From a virus (Duplodnaviria; Caudoviricetes): 33,011 nucleotides of DNA. Positions 8,381-16,844 of the stretch are shown in pieces (the stretch's first letter is position 1; the number at the start of each line of letters is the position of its first letter). Below the pieces are notes generated by a model. It was not told where the DNA came from. It made no database searches and was given only the letters and a program-made list of their open reading frames with translations. A program made the translations under genes and the position numbers. The DNA is taken from positions 1 to 33,011 of the IMG/VR virus record IMGVR_UViG_3300037308_000710; one strand, written 5' to 3'.

Positions 8381-8898
8381 GGCGCAATACCCAAAACCTT
8401 TGCCTTAATCTGCTCGGCGAAATCATCGCTCAAGCCGCGACGCCTGGCCTCATCCCCTAACTCCTCCGCCACAGCAGCCGTCTTTTGTCTCACCTCGTCA
8501 GCAAATTTTTTCTGCTGTACAGCTGCCCGGTTCAGCTCAGCGATACTCCGAGTCAGGCGGCTAAAGTCCAGACCCTCTGGATCTACTTCCATCTCCATCA
8601 GCACTTGGAACGCTTTCTCCTGCGCTAGGTTCACCAACGCTTCGCCCATCGCATTCTGGTCATCACCGACTGCCTCTGCGATCGCACGAGCTTGCTGGCT
8701 AGCCAGGCGCAGCGCTCCCAATCGTTTCTCGAAAGCCTTGCCATAGGCATGGACAGCACTTTTACTAATCTCATATCCCTGCTCGGCCAGCCACTCGGCC
8801 AGCTGCCGATAGCCGGCAAATCCAGCCGCAATCAACTGCCGATCGAGTTGCTCGCGGATCGGTTCTGGTAGCTGCATAATCGAGCTGCGCGGCGGCAT
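8377..8898 (-). CDS. Terminase small subunit (Mu gp27/DUF3486)
   Basis: MPPRSSIMQLPEPIREQLD...GYEISKSAVHAYG; start set at the internal ATG at 8898. Confidence 0.88.
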   Translation of the reverse strand: MPPRSSIMQLPEPIREQLDRQLIAAGFAGYRQLAEWLAEQGYEISKSAVHAYGKAFEKRLGALRLASQQARAIAEAVGDDQNAMGEALVNLAQEKAFQVLMEMEVDPEGLDFSRLTRSIAELNRAAVQQKKFADEVRQKTAAVAEELGDEARRRGLSDDFAEQIKAKVLGIAP

Positions 8899-8902
8899 GG
8901 CG

Positions 8903-9493
8903 TTACTCCCAATACTTCTCAGGGCGACCAATGCCAGGCGGGCAGTCGATCGTATATTCGACCAGGTCAACGCCGGCCGCGCTTAACTCTGCCTTCCAGT
9001 CGCCGCTTAGATCTCCGGCAACAGTCACAATTTCTTTATCCTGCAGGTAAGCAACCTCGCGGTTCAGTTGCTGCGCGGTTATCGGCAGGTCCGATTCGTC
9101 CAGCGCTCGCCACAGCAGCCCCGACGACGCAGACAACGGCCGCGCATAGTGCAGCGCTAGACAAATGCGCCAACGCAGCTCCTGCAGTAAGATCCGCTGC
9201 TCAGGCTGCTCCGCTATCTTGGGGATTCCCAGCGGCGCGCCGACCGAGCCCTCCAGGACGTCGCACCCGTAAGCGGTTATACTCCACAGCTCTTGATTGC
9301 GCAGCAGCAAACCTTTGCGTGTCAGGTAATTGAGCTCTTGCTCCAGCGTCCGCGCGGCAATCGCCAAATTAGCTTGCCCCAGCGCTCTGCCGATCAGCGT
9401 ATGCGCGCAGCCCGTCGGCCGCAGCTTATACAAGAAAGCTAGGATCGTGCCCCGAATTTCTTGCGATAATGCTCGGTTTAAGTCAAGGCTCAT
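8903..9493 (-). CDS. Mu gp26-like winged-helix protein with two tandem domains
   Basis: Two copies of IL..L....P......L...L.......EL.YL...L......IT..G.D..E; ends PPGIGRPEKYW. Confidence 0.7.
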   Translation of the reverse strand: MSLDLNRALSQEIRGTILAFLYKLRPTGCAHTLIGRALGQANLAIAARTLEQELNYLTRKGLLLRNQELWSITAYGCDVLEGSVGAPLGIPKIAEQPEQRILLQELRWRICLALHYARPLSASSGLLWRALDESDLPITAQQLNREVAYLQDKEIVTVAGDLSGDWKAELSAAGVDLVEYTIDCPPGIGRPEKYWE

Positions 9494-10014
9494 CGATCCC
9501 CCTCCCCTATCAATTGCGATCGCAAAATCCGAAAATCACCACCATTAATGCGCTGCCAAAGGGCATCCAAGCGGCTGGTGATGACGGTCATATCGCGGAC
9601 ATACTTATCCTCAAACACAGCCGAGCGAGCCATCTCAGTGCGCAGATTAACCAAATCCTTTTCCGTTTCGTGGCACACCTCTTGCAGCTCGCGAACCCCA
9701 GACGCCATGCCCGCTATATCCTGAAACAGCGTCTCAATTTTGCCAAGCCGGCGCTCATGCTCCTGCAATTTACTCAGCGCATTCGACATCTTAGCCTGCT
9801 GCCGCTGCACCGAATCCAGTCGCCGATCGTAGTCCGTAAGGGTACTTTCAAGCCGGTTAAATTCCCTAGAAATCAGCCACTTGAAGGCTGCGATCAGCAG
9901 CGCGCCGCCGCCGATCAAAATCCCCTCCAGCGGCAAAAACAACCCAGCATCGTCAGCCTGCTGCGGCGTAACCGGTCGCGTATGTTGAGCAAGGATAATA
10001 GCGTTCACTATCAC
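9490..10014 (-). CDS. Membrane-anchored coiled-coil protein (Mu gp25 position)
   Basis: Hydrophobic GILIGGGALLIAAFKWLI followed by a long heptad region; GTG start overlaps the upstream stop (GTGA). Confidence 0.6.
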   Translation of the reverse strand: MIVNAIILAQHTRPVTPQQADDAGLFLPLEGILIGGGALLIAAFKWLISREFNRLESTLTDYDRRLDSVQRQQAKMSNALSKLQEHERRLGKIETLFQDIAGMASGVRELQEVCHETEKDLVNLRTEMARSAVFEDKYVRDMTVITSRLDALWQRINGGDFRILRSQLIGEGDR

Positions 10015-10298
10015 AGCCGCTCCAGATCCAAGACTCCATTCACCCTTAAGTGCTGCACGGCCAGCCAGTCGATCTTCCAGGGCCCTTCCGTCGCCCACAG
10101 CCAGCAAACCAACGCATCCACGTAATCTTCCCACTCCTCCGCTTCAGGAGCACCGCCGGCAACCTCAAACAATACGAGTTGCCAGTAAAGCTGTCTCAGC
10201 CGTCCCTGCAGCTTCAGAGGCCACCAAGAGCAAATTAAAAAGGGCGTCAGCGACCCTAGAAGGAAGGCGCTGACGCCGATAGCAGCAGTTGACAGCAT
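10011..10298 (-). CDS. Hypothetical membrane protein, first gene of late operon
   Basis: Hydrophobic N-terminus; stop overlaps the next start. Confidence 0.5.
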   Translation of the reverse strand: MLSTAAIGVSAFLLGSLTPFLICSWWPLKLQGRLRQLYWQLVLFEVAGGAPEAEEWEDYVDALVCWLWATEGPWKIDWLAVQHLRVNGVLDLERL

Positions 10299-10360
10299 GG
10301 CACTCGCACTTCACCCCTGCATTATCTGCCGGGCTTGGGCGACGGCCAAGATGAAACGGC

Positions 10361-10732
10361 TCATCGAAAGCCCGACTTGCAATCGGCCAGTACCTTAAAC
10401 ACGCTGCGGCGGTCCAACCCGAACCGGGCGCTCAGTTCGCGGATAGTGCTACCGCTTTTTCGCGCCTGCCAGATCGCTCGATTGCGCTGGATCCGCTTCA
10501 GACTGCTGCCCTTGGGGATTTGCAGCTGCATGCCGCCGTAATACCAGCTCAGCTGCGCGGCGGTGTCATGCCCCAGCAATTCAGCCAACGGGTGAAACAG
10601 CGTTAACTGCAGCGGCACATGGATGCGATCGCCGCCGCAAGATTCCATTATCTTTAGCGTCGGCTCCAGCCCTATAAGCCCCGCCATCTCCTGCATCGTG
10701 CCCGGCAGGTCCGTTATACAAACGTCAGTCAT
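10361..10732 (-). CDS. mor: Mor/C family transcription activator
   Basis: DLPGTMQEMAGLIGLEPTLKIMESCGG...YYGGMQLQIPKG...RNRAIW...TIRELSARFGLDRRSVFKVL; start set at ATG 10732. Confidence 0.85.
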   Translation of the reverse strand: MTDVCITDLPGTMQEMAGLIGLEPTLKIMESCGGDRIHVPLQLTLFHPLAELLGHDTAAQLSWYYGGMQLQIPKGSSLKRIQRNRAIWQARKSGSTIRELSARFGLDRRSVFKVLADCKSGFR

Positions 10733-11159
10733 CAGCTCGCCCCCGCAAAACTGCTGCCTCCAACAAATCCGGCCGCAGGCCCAGCCCTTCCTGCCACTGT
10801 TCGGCCAGCTCATCGTCCCCGGCGATCCAGATCCAGCGACAATGCCGCAGGTAATCCAGCAGCCTGCATGCCTGGCTGGGCCGCACAACAAACTCATCCC
10901 AGTAACAGTTGCCAACATGGCGTTTGCGATGGGTATAGCGCAGATCCAGCACTCCCTCATTGCCGATCGGATGCAGGTTCCTTAGTCGCAAGGCCCCGCT
11001 TGCAACCTCTTCCGCCTGGATTGGGTTGCCCAAATCTTCGGCCAACTCCAGCAGCGTGTCGCCGTCATAGGTCCAGACCAACCCGTAAAACTGGTTGATA
11101 AAGTTGCCGTACAGGTCGTTGCAAGCCAGGTTAAACCGGATTAGATCAAGCATGGCCAT
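10725..11159 (-). CDS. Hypothetical protein upstream of and overlapping mor
   Basis: 144-aa ORF with an 8-bp overlap to the mor start. Confidence 0.6.
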   Translation of the reverse strand: MAMLDLIRFNLACNDLYGNFINQFYGLVWTYDGDTLLELAEDLGNPIQAEEVASGALRLRNLHPIGNEGVLDLRYTHRKRHVGNCYWDEFVVRPSQACRLLDYLRHCRWIWIAGDDELAEQWQEGLGLRPDLLEAAVLRGRADD

Positions 11160-11171
11160 TGCCAGAGAGAC

Positions 11172-11185
11172 AATACAAATGTACT
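11172..11185. promoter_or_regulatory. LexA-like box (aatac-aaat-gtact)
   Basis: One mismatch to AGTAC-N4-GTACT; 12 bp upstream of the ORF-mor unit. Confidence 0.45.
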
Positions 11186-11239
11186 ACAGCAAAAGCTTTT
11201 GCTGCTATGCTGTCGCCGGCATAGAGCAAACCTCTGACG

Positions 11240-11271
11240 AAAGCGGCGGCCACAGGGCCGCCGCTTTTTTT
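11240..11271. terminator. Intrinsic terminator-like hairpin
   Basis: aaagcggcggcc-acag-ggccgccgcttttttt immediately after the 11274 stop; the T-run is longer on the + strand. Confidence 0.7.
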
Positions 11272-11273
11272 GC

Positions 11274-11501
11274 TCATTCGCCGGGCTTTGTGGTGCCGGT
11301 TCGCCGCTTCACGATCTCCCGCAGCCTCAACTGGCTAGGCGAGGGTCGGCCGATACACCACAGGCCGCACACGCAGCGATAGACCTCATTGTCGGGGTCG
11401 AGGTTCCTGCTCAGCGCTCGCCGATAGGCCAGCTTCGCATCGTGTTTGGTGTCGTAGTGGCGCTTGCGCAGACAGGCAAGTTTACTTGGCTTGATCTGCA
11501 T
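11274..11501 (-). CDS. Small basic Cys-containing phage protein
   Basis: CLRKRHY...VYRCVCGLWCIG; overlaps the upstream gene. Confidence 0.55.
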   Translation of the reverse strand: MQIKPSKLACLRKRHYDTKHDAKLAYRRALSRNLDPDNEVYRCVCGLWCIGRPSPSQLRLREIVKRRTGTTKPGE

Positions 11502-12024
11502 CCTCCTCCCCCTTGCCTTCCATGAAGGCTTTACCGGCTTTGCTCAGCGTCACCATGGGGCCGTGCTCGATCAACTGGCGCAGCTTCAGATATTCGATCT
11601 CGCGGTCGAGGTCGGCTGCAGTAGTGGCGCCAAAGGCGTTGCACAAGGCCAGGTGCAGCAGCCGCGACGTGCAGCCGAGCGGCCAGGCCGCATTCAGCAG
11701 CTGCAGCAGTCGCTGCCGCAGGTAGTCGCGCCGAGCGACTTCCAGCGGGCCTACGCAGACCAAGTCCTGCGGGTAGCCAGGAGTGCCCTCTACAGCGTCA
11801 ATGCCGTGGGCCGTCAGGCGGTAGCGTTCGCCAGGCAGTTGCTCGGCCAGCTTGGCGCCGACCATCCTGCCCAGCAGTACGCTGATGCACTCGCGGTTGC
11901 TGATACCGCTGCAGGTCTCTACCTGGCGGCAAAGCGTATCGAATGAGATCGGCTCGGGCCGCAGGCGGTCCAGGGTATAGGCCACCGCATGGCACAGATC
12001 CTGAGTCGGTGTTTTAACGTCCAA
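11482..12024 (-). CDS. Second double gp26-like winged-helix protein
   Basis: YRLTAHGIDAVEG and LDREIEYLKLRQLI...LSKAGKAFMEG resemble the two halves of 8903..9493. Confidence 0.6.
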   Translation of the reverse strand: MDVKTPTQDLCHAVAYTLDRLRPEPISFDTLCRQVETCSGISNRECISVLLGRMVGAKLAEQLPGERYRLTAHGIDAVEGTPGYPQDLVCVGPLEVARRDYLRQRLLQLLNAAWPLGCTSRLLHLALCNAFGATTAADLDREIEYLKLRQLIEHGPMVTLSKAGKAFMEGKGEEDADQAK

Positions 12025-12469
12025 CGTCTCCTCCTTTGGCTTTTACCATTGCGGTTAGCGCACCAATTAACGAGCGAAAATGAGCGTTTTCACGCACCCA
12101 GTCAATGCGCTCGATGCCGACCTTGTTCTTTACAAAGGCATTAAGCGCCTCTTCATACCGGTTTTCCACTGCACCGAGGCGATACGCCTCGATCCACAAG
12201 GCTCGCACCATTCGTTGCTGGTTAACGTGGCTGTCCCTCGCCTCCGGCAAGTCGCGAGTCTTGGGGCTAAGCTTGCCTTTCTTGCCCTTTTGCGGGTTCC
12301 AGCCGCAGGCCTTAAAGTGCTCCACCGCCTGCTCCAGCTCGGCGTAGTTCATGTCGGCGGCAGATCGCTTGCCTGTCGCCGCCTCCAGTGCTGCGCGATA
12401 CGTCCCTTCTTCCAAGCGCAGCTCCTTCTTTGCGATATGCAGCTTCGCTATCAGTGCTCTACGGCTCAT
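12014..12469 (-). CDS. gemA: GemA/gp16 regulatory protein (DUF1018)
   Basis: MSRRALIAKLHIAKKELRLEEGTYRAALEAATGKRSAADM...VRALW...ALNAFVK; start set at ATG 12469. Confidence 0.9.
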   Translation of the reverse strand: MSRRALIAKLHIAKKELRLEEGTYRAALEAATGKRSAADMNYAELEQAVEHFKACGWNPQKGKKGKLSPKTRDLPEARDSHVNQQRMVRALWIEAYRLGAVENRYEEALNAFVKNKVGIERIDWVRENAHFRSLIGALTAMVKAKGGDVGR

Positions 12470-12680
12470 CGTCAACCTCCCCCAAGTCAGGATATCGGCA
12501 GCCGCAGACACCGCATTCAGCACCGCTTTCGAGCTGCTGCTCCGGGTCGTCGTCGACCAGGCTATACCAGTTGAATTCCTTCTGACCACAAGCAGGGCAA
12601 GGATAGCCGCCCAATTCCTGCAGGGATGTCGGCATCCCATCCTCGCCGATCCAATAACTACCCATGGCGCCGGCCCCCAA
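12459..12680 (-). CDS. Small zinc-ribbon protein
   Basis: CPACG...CGVCG; the real start may be a downstream ATG. Confidence 0.55.
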   Translation of the reverse strand: MGAGAMGSYWIGEDGMPTSLQELGGYPCPACGQKEFNWYSLVDDDPEQQLESGAECGVCGCRYPDLGEVDDEP

Positions 12681-12855
12681 ACAGCGACTCCAGATAGATC
12701 TGAGATATCACTCGCGGCGCCTTGCCTTGCTGCAGCAGCATCAGCGACAATGCCGCCGCCCCCAGGCGATCCTGATTCCAGTCTGAGTGCGACTCCAAAA
12801 ACAACTGCATTTCCGCCCAGAGCGCGTCTGGGATTTCAAACTCAATTGAGACCAT
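12658..12855 (-). CDS. DUF2811 family protein
   Basis: EIPDALWAEMQLFLESHSDWNQDRLGAAALSLMLLQ matches the cyanobacterial DUF2811 pattern; start set at ATG 12855. Confidence 0.7.
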   Translation of the reverse strand: MVSIEFEIPDALWAEMQLFLESHSDWNQDRLGAAALSLMLLQQGKAPRVISQIYLESLFGGRRHG

Positions 12856-13132
12856 TCCCTTGCTCCTGATACTTGAGATACTCAGCAATTTTTTTGATCG
12901 GCCCATACACATAGGCGCGGGCCAACGGCAGCGACAGCCGCCCTTCGTTGTAGTCCGCCAAATGGCGGCGCTCGAAAACCTCCAGCCAATTCGCGGGATA
13001 AAGCGCAGCCTTCCACCGGATCGGCAAAGCCTCGCTGATGCGCTCTTTGTTGGCGTAGTACCACTCGACCGCCTTGCGGATTTGCTCCGGTCCGCTATGA
13101 CGCAATTCCGACATCAGCGCCTCCTTTGGCAA
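12842..13132 (-). CDS. Hypothetical phage protein
   Basis: 96-aa ORF in the co-directional string; start may be the second Met. Confidence 0.55.
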   Translation of the reverse strand: MPKEALMSELRHSGPEQIRKAVEWYYANKERISEALPIRWKAALYPANWLEVFERRHLADYNEGRLSLPLARAYVYGPIKKIAEYLKYQEQGNGLN

Positions 13133-13165
13133 AGCTGCCGATCCGCCTTAGTTAACCAGTCCATC

Positions 13166-13414
13166 TCACGCCCCCTTAACTTGCTGCAGGGCATGCTGGC
13201 AGGCATCTCTCCAGCTCCACTCGCCAGGGCGATCGCCGGTAGCCGGCGCGACGGCCAGGCCGCAGTTGCAGCCGGTTACCAGATAGACGATCTGGTCCGC
13301 ATAGCGGCTCAGCGTCGGGTCGCTCAGGCCCAGAGATTTGCCTTTGGTAATAGCTGAAACCCGGTACGACCGAACTGATCCAGGGATATAGTTTTGCATG
13401 GTCTTTCCTCGCAT
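13166..13414 (-). CDS. Hypothetical phage protein
   Basis: 82-aa ORF in the co-directional string. Confidence 0.5.
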   Translation of the reverse strand: MRGKTMQNYIPGSVRSYRVSAITKGKSLGLSDPTLSRYADQIVYLVTGCNCGLAVAPATGDRPGEWSWRDACQHALQQVKGA

Positions 13415-13458
13415 GGTTTACACGGTGGGCAGTTTTACGCCGTACCCAGGGCGGCGCG

Positions 13459-13815
13459 CTAGGCTAGCGCCGTAAGCATCTCCCGCTTCGAGAGGTGCTT
13501 ACCTTTGCCGTGCACGTTGCGCCAGCGGATACCCCGCTCTGCGCAGACGCGCCGCAGCTGCACCGCCGTCTTTTGCTCCAGTGGCGGCTCGGCGACCGGC
13601 ACAACGACCACGGCGACCGGTGCGCTGACCGCTGCGGACGAGTAGACCGGCTTGGCGACAATCGCTTCAGCTTCAGCGACCAACTCCTCTACGGTCGGCA
13701 GCAGCGGCTCATAGGCGGCAAGGGGGTCATAGGCGGCAACTGCAGGCTGGGGCCTGGGTGTCACCAACCAGCAGCCAGCCAAGAAAAACAAGCAGAACAA
13801 GAAAACTCCGAACAT
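13459..13815 (-). CDS. Membrane-anchored protein with C-terminal Rho_N/SAP-like motif
   Basis: MFGVFLFCLFFLAGCWLV TM segment, Ala/Pro/Val linker, KTAVQLRRVCAERGI...LSKREMLTAL; ggagga RBS upstream of ATG 13815. Confidence 0.6.
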   Translation of the reverse strand: MFGVFLFCLFFLAGCWLVTPRPQPAVAAYDPLAAYEPLLPTVEELVAEAEAIVAKPVYSSAAVSAPVAVVVVPVAEPPLEQKTAVQLRRVCAERGIRWRNVHGKGKHLSKREMLTALA

Positions 13816-13868
13816 GATCAAATCCTCCGTTTTGTGAATCGGCGCGGTGAAGAGAGGCGCCGAAGGGC

Positions 13869-13913
13869 AATACCCACTAGAGCGGACGACCGGCATCCGC
13901 TCTAGTGGGTATT
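13869..13913. repeat. Perfect 18-bp inverted repeat with 9-nt loop
   Basis: aatacccactagagcgga-cgaccggca-tccgctctagtgggtatt. Confidence 0.9.
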
Positions 13914-14053
13914 CCACTGCTGCGTTTTCTATCCCCCTGCAGCATCGGGGTCTTTGCCGGCTACCCGATAGGCAGCTATCTCGGAGAGGGGCGTCACCTC
14001 ATGCCTGGGGGTCGTTTGGGGTCCCCACCCCCGGGGTCCTGCCCCTTAATTTG

Positions 14054-14104
14054 AATATAAACTGTCTGCTTGCACTTGTCAACTATCTATTTACGATTTA
14101 CAGT
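14054..14104. promoter_or_regulatory. Overlapping divergent sigma70-type promoters
   Basis: Minus: TTGACA (14082-14077), 17 bp, TATATT (14059-14054). Plus: TTGTCA (14076-14081), 17 bp, TACAGT (14099-14104). Confidence 0.65.
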
Positions 14105-14138
14105 AGGATTGTTGAGCCGAGGATTGATAGTGGTTAGC

Positions 14139-14372
14139 ATGCAAGTCAAGCGGGTCATAGAAGAAGTTCGTGATTTTCCAGGGCTGGGAGCTGCGATCAA
14201 GGCAGCTCGCGAGGCCGACGAGCGCTCAGTCTCGGAAATCTGCCGCCAGGTCGGCATCAGCCGGCAGTATTGGTATCAGTTAGAGCGCGAAGACCTCAGA
14301 TCCGCCGTCACCGAGGAAGTCATTCGCCGCATCGAGAAAGTGCTAAGTGTCGATTTTGGGATCAGCTTTTAA
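14139..14372 (+). CDS. XRE-family HTH regulator
   Basis: LGAAIKAAREADERSVSEICRQVGISRQYWYQLE; start set at ATG 14139. Confidence 0.8.
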   Translation: MQVKRVIEEVRDFPGLGAAIKAAREADERSVSEICRQVGISRQYWYQLEREDLRSAVTEEVIRRIEKVLSVDFGISF

Positions 14373-14867
14373 GTAAAGCCGGACTGCATCGGCGCATAAC
14401 TGATTCCAGTTTTTGTCGTTCTGCACCAGATAGCTTTCGATCTGCTCTACCAGCTGCACGGGCAGGTCCACGACCATCGGGCAACTAGCGGCAGGGGGTC
14501 GGTAGTCGGCCTCGCACAACAGATCGAGCTGGCCGATTAGGGTGGGCAGGGCCAAATTCCTAAGCTTAGTGATTTGCCGCAGGCTGCTCATTGCCTTGCC
14601 GCGCAAGAAGTTGCTGGCGGCATGCAGGTCGTCGGCGCTGGCGGCCCACCAGTAGCCATAGCAGCTGTGAGTGCAGATCGGGTTTCCCTTCAGCCGCAGG
14701 TCTTTGATGATGGCCCTCAAGTATCGCTCCTCTGTCGGGCTAGTGCGGCGACCGGTAATCATCTCCACAATTTCGCCGGCCTTGAGGGCGTTGCCTCTGC
14801 CGGTCTGCTCTTGCAGTAGCGCCAGCACACGCTCCTGATTCAGGCGAATCTTCGCGGCTTTAGGCAT
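14343..14867 (-). CDS. Winged-HTH protein with possible C-terminal ribbon-helix-helix
   Basis: ERYLRAIIKDLRLKGNPICTHSCYGYWWA; VVDLPVQLVEQIESY...LCADAVRLYL. Confidence 0.65.
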   Translation of the reverse strand: MPKAAKIRLNQERVLALLQEQTGRGNALKAGEIVEMITGRRTSPTEERYLRAIIKDLRLKGNPICTHSCYGYWWAASADDLHAASNFLRGKAMSSLRQITKLRNLALPTLIGQLDLLCEADYRPPAASCPMVVDLPVQLVEQIESYLVQNDKNWNQLCADAVRLYLKADPKIDT

Positions 14868-15336
14868 CCGTTAAATCTCCAGTAAACTCAGCAATCACAT
14901 CAGACGGGCTGCGGTCAAAGCCCTCCAGCACAGAGGGCTCAATAGGCCGGCGGCATTGCTCGGCCCACCATTCCGGCAAATCCTGGATCTCCGGCGAGTC
15001 CCATCGGCGCCGCTGCTGCCGCAGTTGCCGCACGCGCCGCACTAATTGGGCGAGGTGATAGGGGCCTTGCTTGTCCTGGGTCGGCATCGGCACCGGCATC
15101 GGCGAGTTTTGCCGGGCCAGGTGCAAAGATTCCTGTTTCAGCGCCGCCAGAAAGTCAGCTGGCTTCTTGGCCTGAGCCTGATCGCAAAAGGCCAGCGTCA
15201 GGTCGTAAAGCCGATCTTCAGGAAGCGGAGCTGCCGCCATTGCCAGCAGCTCCATAAACTTGTCTTCAAGCCGCCAGCGATAGGCGGCTTGAAGAAAGTC
15301 GCGCACTTCGTTGAGAGCCTGTTCGCTATGAGCCAT
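14860..15336 (-). CDS. Hypothetical phage protein
   Basis: 158-aa ORF overlapping both neighbours. Confidence 0.6.
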   Translation of the reverse strand: MAHSEQALNEVRDFLQAAYRWRLEDKFMELLAMAAAPLPEDRLYDLTLAFCDQAQAKKPADFLAALKQESLHLARQNSPMPVPMPTQDKQGPYHLAQLVRRVRQLRQQRRRWDSPEIQDLPEWWAEQCRRPIEPSVLEGFDRSPSDVIAEFTGDLTDA

Positions 15337-15862
15337 ATCGCCGCCGCATTGCTCGCTTCATGGATTCACTGGCGCCGGCCTGGGATTGCTGTGGCTGCTT
15401 AGCCTCGGCCCAGCGTTGCTCCAAGGCGCCCCAGTCCTGGCTCCGGATCCGGTTGCGAATATAGTCGCAGGCATGACCGCGCTGCGCCGGCAGTTCGTAT
15501 AGGTGCAAGTGATTCTGCACCGCATCGATCAGCTCCGGCACAAAGTCATTCCAGCCGGGGCCGGACCACAAATGTCCCATGCCCACCTGTACCAGATCCG
15601 GGTAGCGATGCCCCTGCGCTTTAAACCGCCCGGCCAAGGGGTCGGCAGTCGGGGGCGTCGCCGGGGAACCGTCGGCAATTGCCAGCAGCTCGCCGACTCG
15701 TGTCAGCATTAGCTGCAGGTTTCGCCGCGCCTGCTCCACCGGCTGCTCCACTTGGTCGGGCGCCAGCATCGCATCCTGGGCAGCCACAAGGTTGCGTTCA
15801 AGCGCAGCAAACACAACGGCGATCCGCTCGTATTCCGCCGGCGCAAAGTTAAAGCTAGCCAT
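15326..15862 (-). CDS. Hypothetical phage protein
   Basis: 178-aa ORF with ggaggag RBS; overlaps neighbours. Confidence 0.6.
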   Translation of the reverse strand: MASFNFAPAEYERIAVVFAALERNLVAAQDAMLAPDQVEQPVEQARRNLQLMLTRVGELLAIADGSPATPPTADPLAGRFKAQGHRYPDLVQVGMGHLWSGPGWNDFVPELIDAVQNHLHLYELPAQRGHACDYIRNRIRSQDWGALEQRWAEAKQPQQSQAGASESMKRAMRRRYGS

Positions 15863-16013
15863 TCTGCTGCTCCTCCTGCGGATTGGGCGCGCTCAAGAAG
15901 CGGCGGCGCTTCTCCTCCTCCAGCCGATCCAGCAAAGCGCGGATCTGCGCCTTGCGATCGCCTGGGTGTTCGCGTTCGATGTCCTTGGGTATGCCTTGCC
16001 AATTAGCGCTCAT
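15855..16013 (-). CDS. 52-aa hypothetical protein (not in ORF track)
   Basis: MSANWQGIPKDIEREHPGDRKAQIRALLDRLEEEKRRRFLSAPNPQEEQQNG*; ATGA overlap with the upstream gene; gagga RBS. Confidence 0.55.
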   Translation of the reverse strand: MSANWQGIPKDIEREHPGDRKAQIRALLDRLEEEKRRRFLSAPNPQEEQQNG

Positions 16014-16504
16014 GACTTGATCCTCACATCGTTGGACAGTTCAATCTGCGGGAACTCCGGCGTCGCCAGGTCCGTTAGCGCGTAGGTGTAGGCACGCTTG
16101 CCGCCCCCCGCTGGTCGCTCCCAACCGGCGTGGACATATCCATGGGAGACCAGCAGTTGCAGGGCGCTATGCCGCCAGCGGCGATTTAGGTGTGCGATCA
16201 CTGGGGTGGTCATGGTGATGCCCTCTCTGCGGTAGAGCCAGAGCGCATTCCATAGCTCTTGCCACTGGGGCGTCAGCTTTAGTATTCGGGTCGAGTTACT
16301 CAGGCTAGAGCGGCTAGAGCGAATGATTCTGCTGTCCGCCGCCGGCCGCGACAAGTACTCCTGCGAGAGCATTATCTTGATGTACTCGCGCGCGATGTCA
16401 GGCTCGCCAGGGTAATCCCGCGCCATCGCTGCCGCCTGGCGATAGGCGCCAGGGCTAGAGCGCCACAGCTGCTCCAGGTCTTCGAGGGTTATCCGATCAG
16501 CCAT
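16010..16504 (-). CDS. Hypothetical protein, possible C-terminal winged helix
   Basis: ALQLLVSHGYV...GGGKRAYTYALT resembles a wHTH wing. Confidence 0.55.
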   Translation of the reverse strand: MADRITLEDLEQLWRSSPGAYRQAAAMARDYPGEPDIAREYIKIMLSQEYLSRPAADSRIIRSSRSSLSNSTRILKLTPQWQELWNALWLYRREGITMTTPVIAHLNRRWRHSALQLLVSHGYVHAGWERPAGGGKRAYTYALTDLATPEFPQIELSNDVRIKS

Positions 16505-16685
16505 TGCTTACCTCAACTTGCCACTCGGCTAAAGTCTGATATTTGCCCTTGCCGTTCGGCGTCGGGCGACACACGATTACAGTGCAGACGCCCTCCCGCA
16601 CCGAGGTCGTCACCATGATTCCAGAGCCGCAGTGCTCCAGAAAGTGTTGAATTCCATAGGTTCGAGAGATCCACTCACGAGGCAT
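16497..16685 (-). CDS. Hypothetical phage protein
   Basis: MPREWISRTYG...; gaggtg RBS before ATG 16685; overlaps the next gene. Confidence 0.45.
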   Translation of the reverse strand: MPREWISRTYGIQHFLEHCGSGIMVTTSVREGVCTVIVCRPTPNGKGKYQTLAEWQVEVSNG

Positions 16686-16844
16686 AGCGCACCTCGCTTT
16701 GATTGCGTGTTTCAACTAGCGTTAGTGCCCATCGATACCGGGGCATAATAGGTACAAGCGAGACTGCTTGACGGTTTCTTTGAGTAGTCATAGTCTTTAA
16801 AACGGTTTACACGGGCCTTGCAGCGCTTACTGCAAGGTTCTTTT

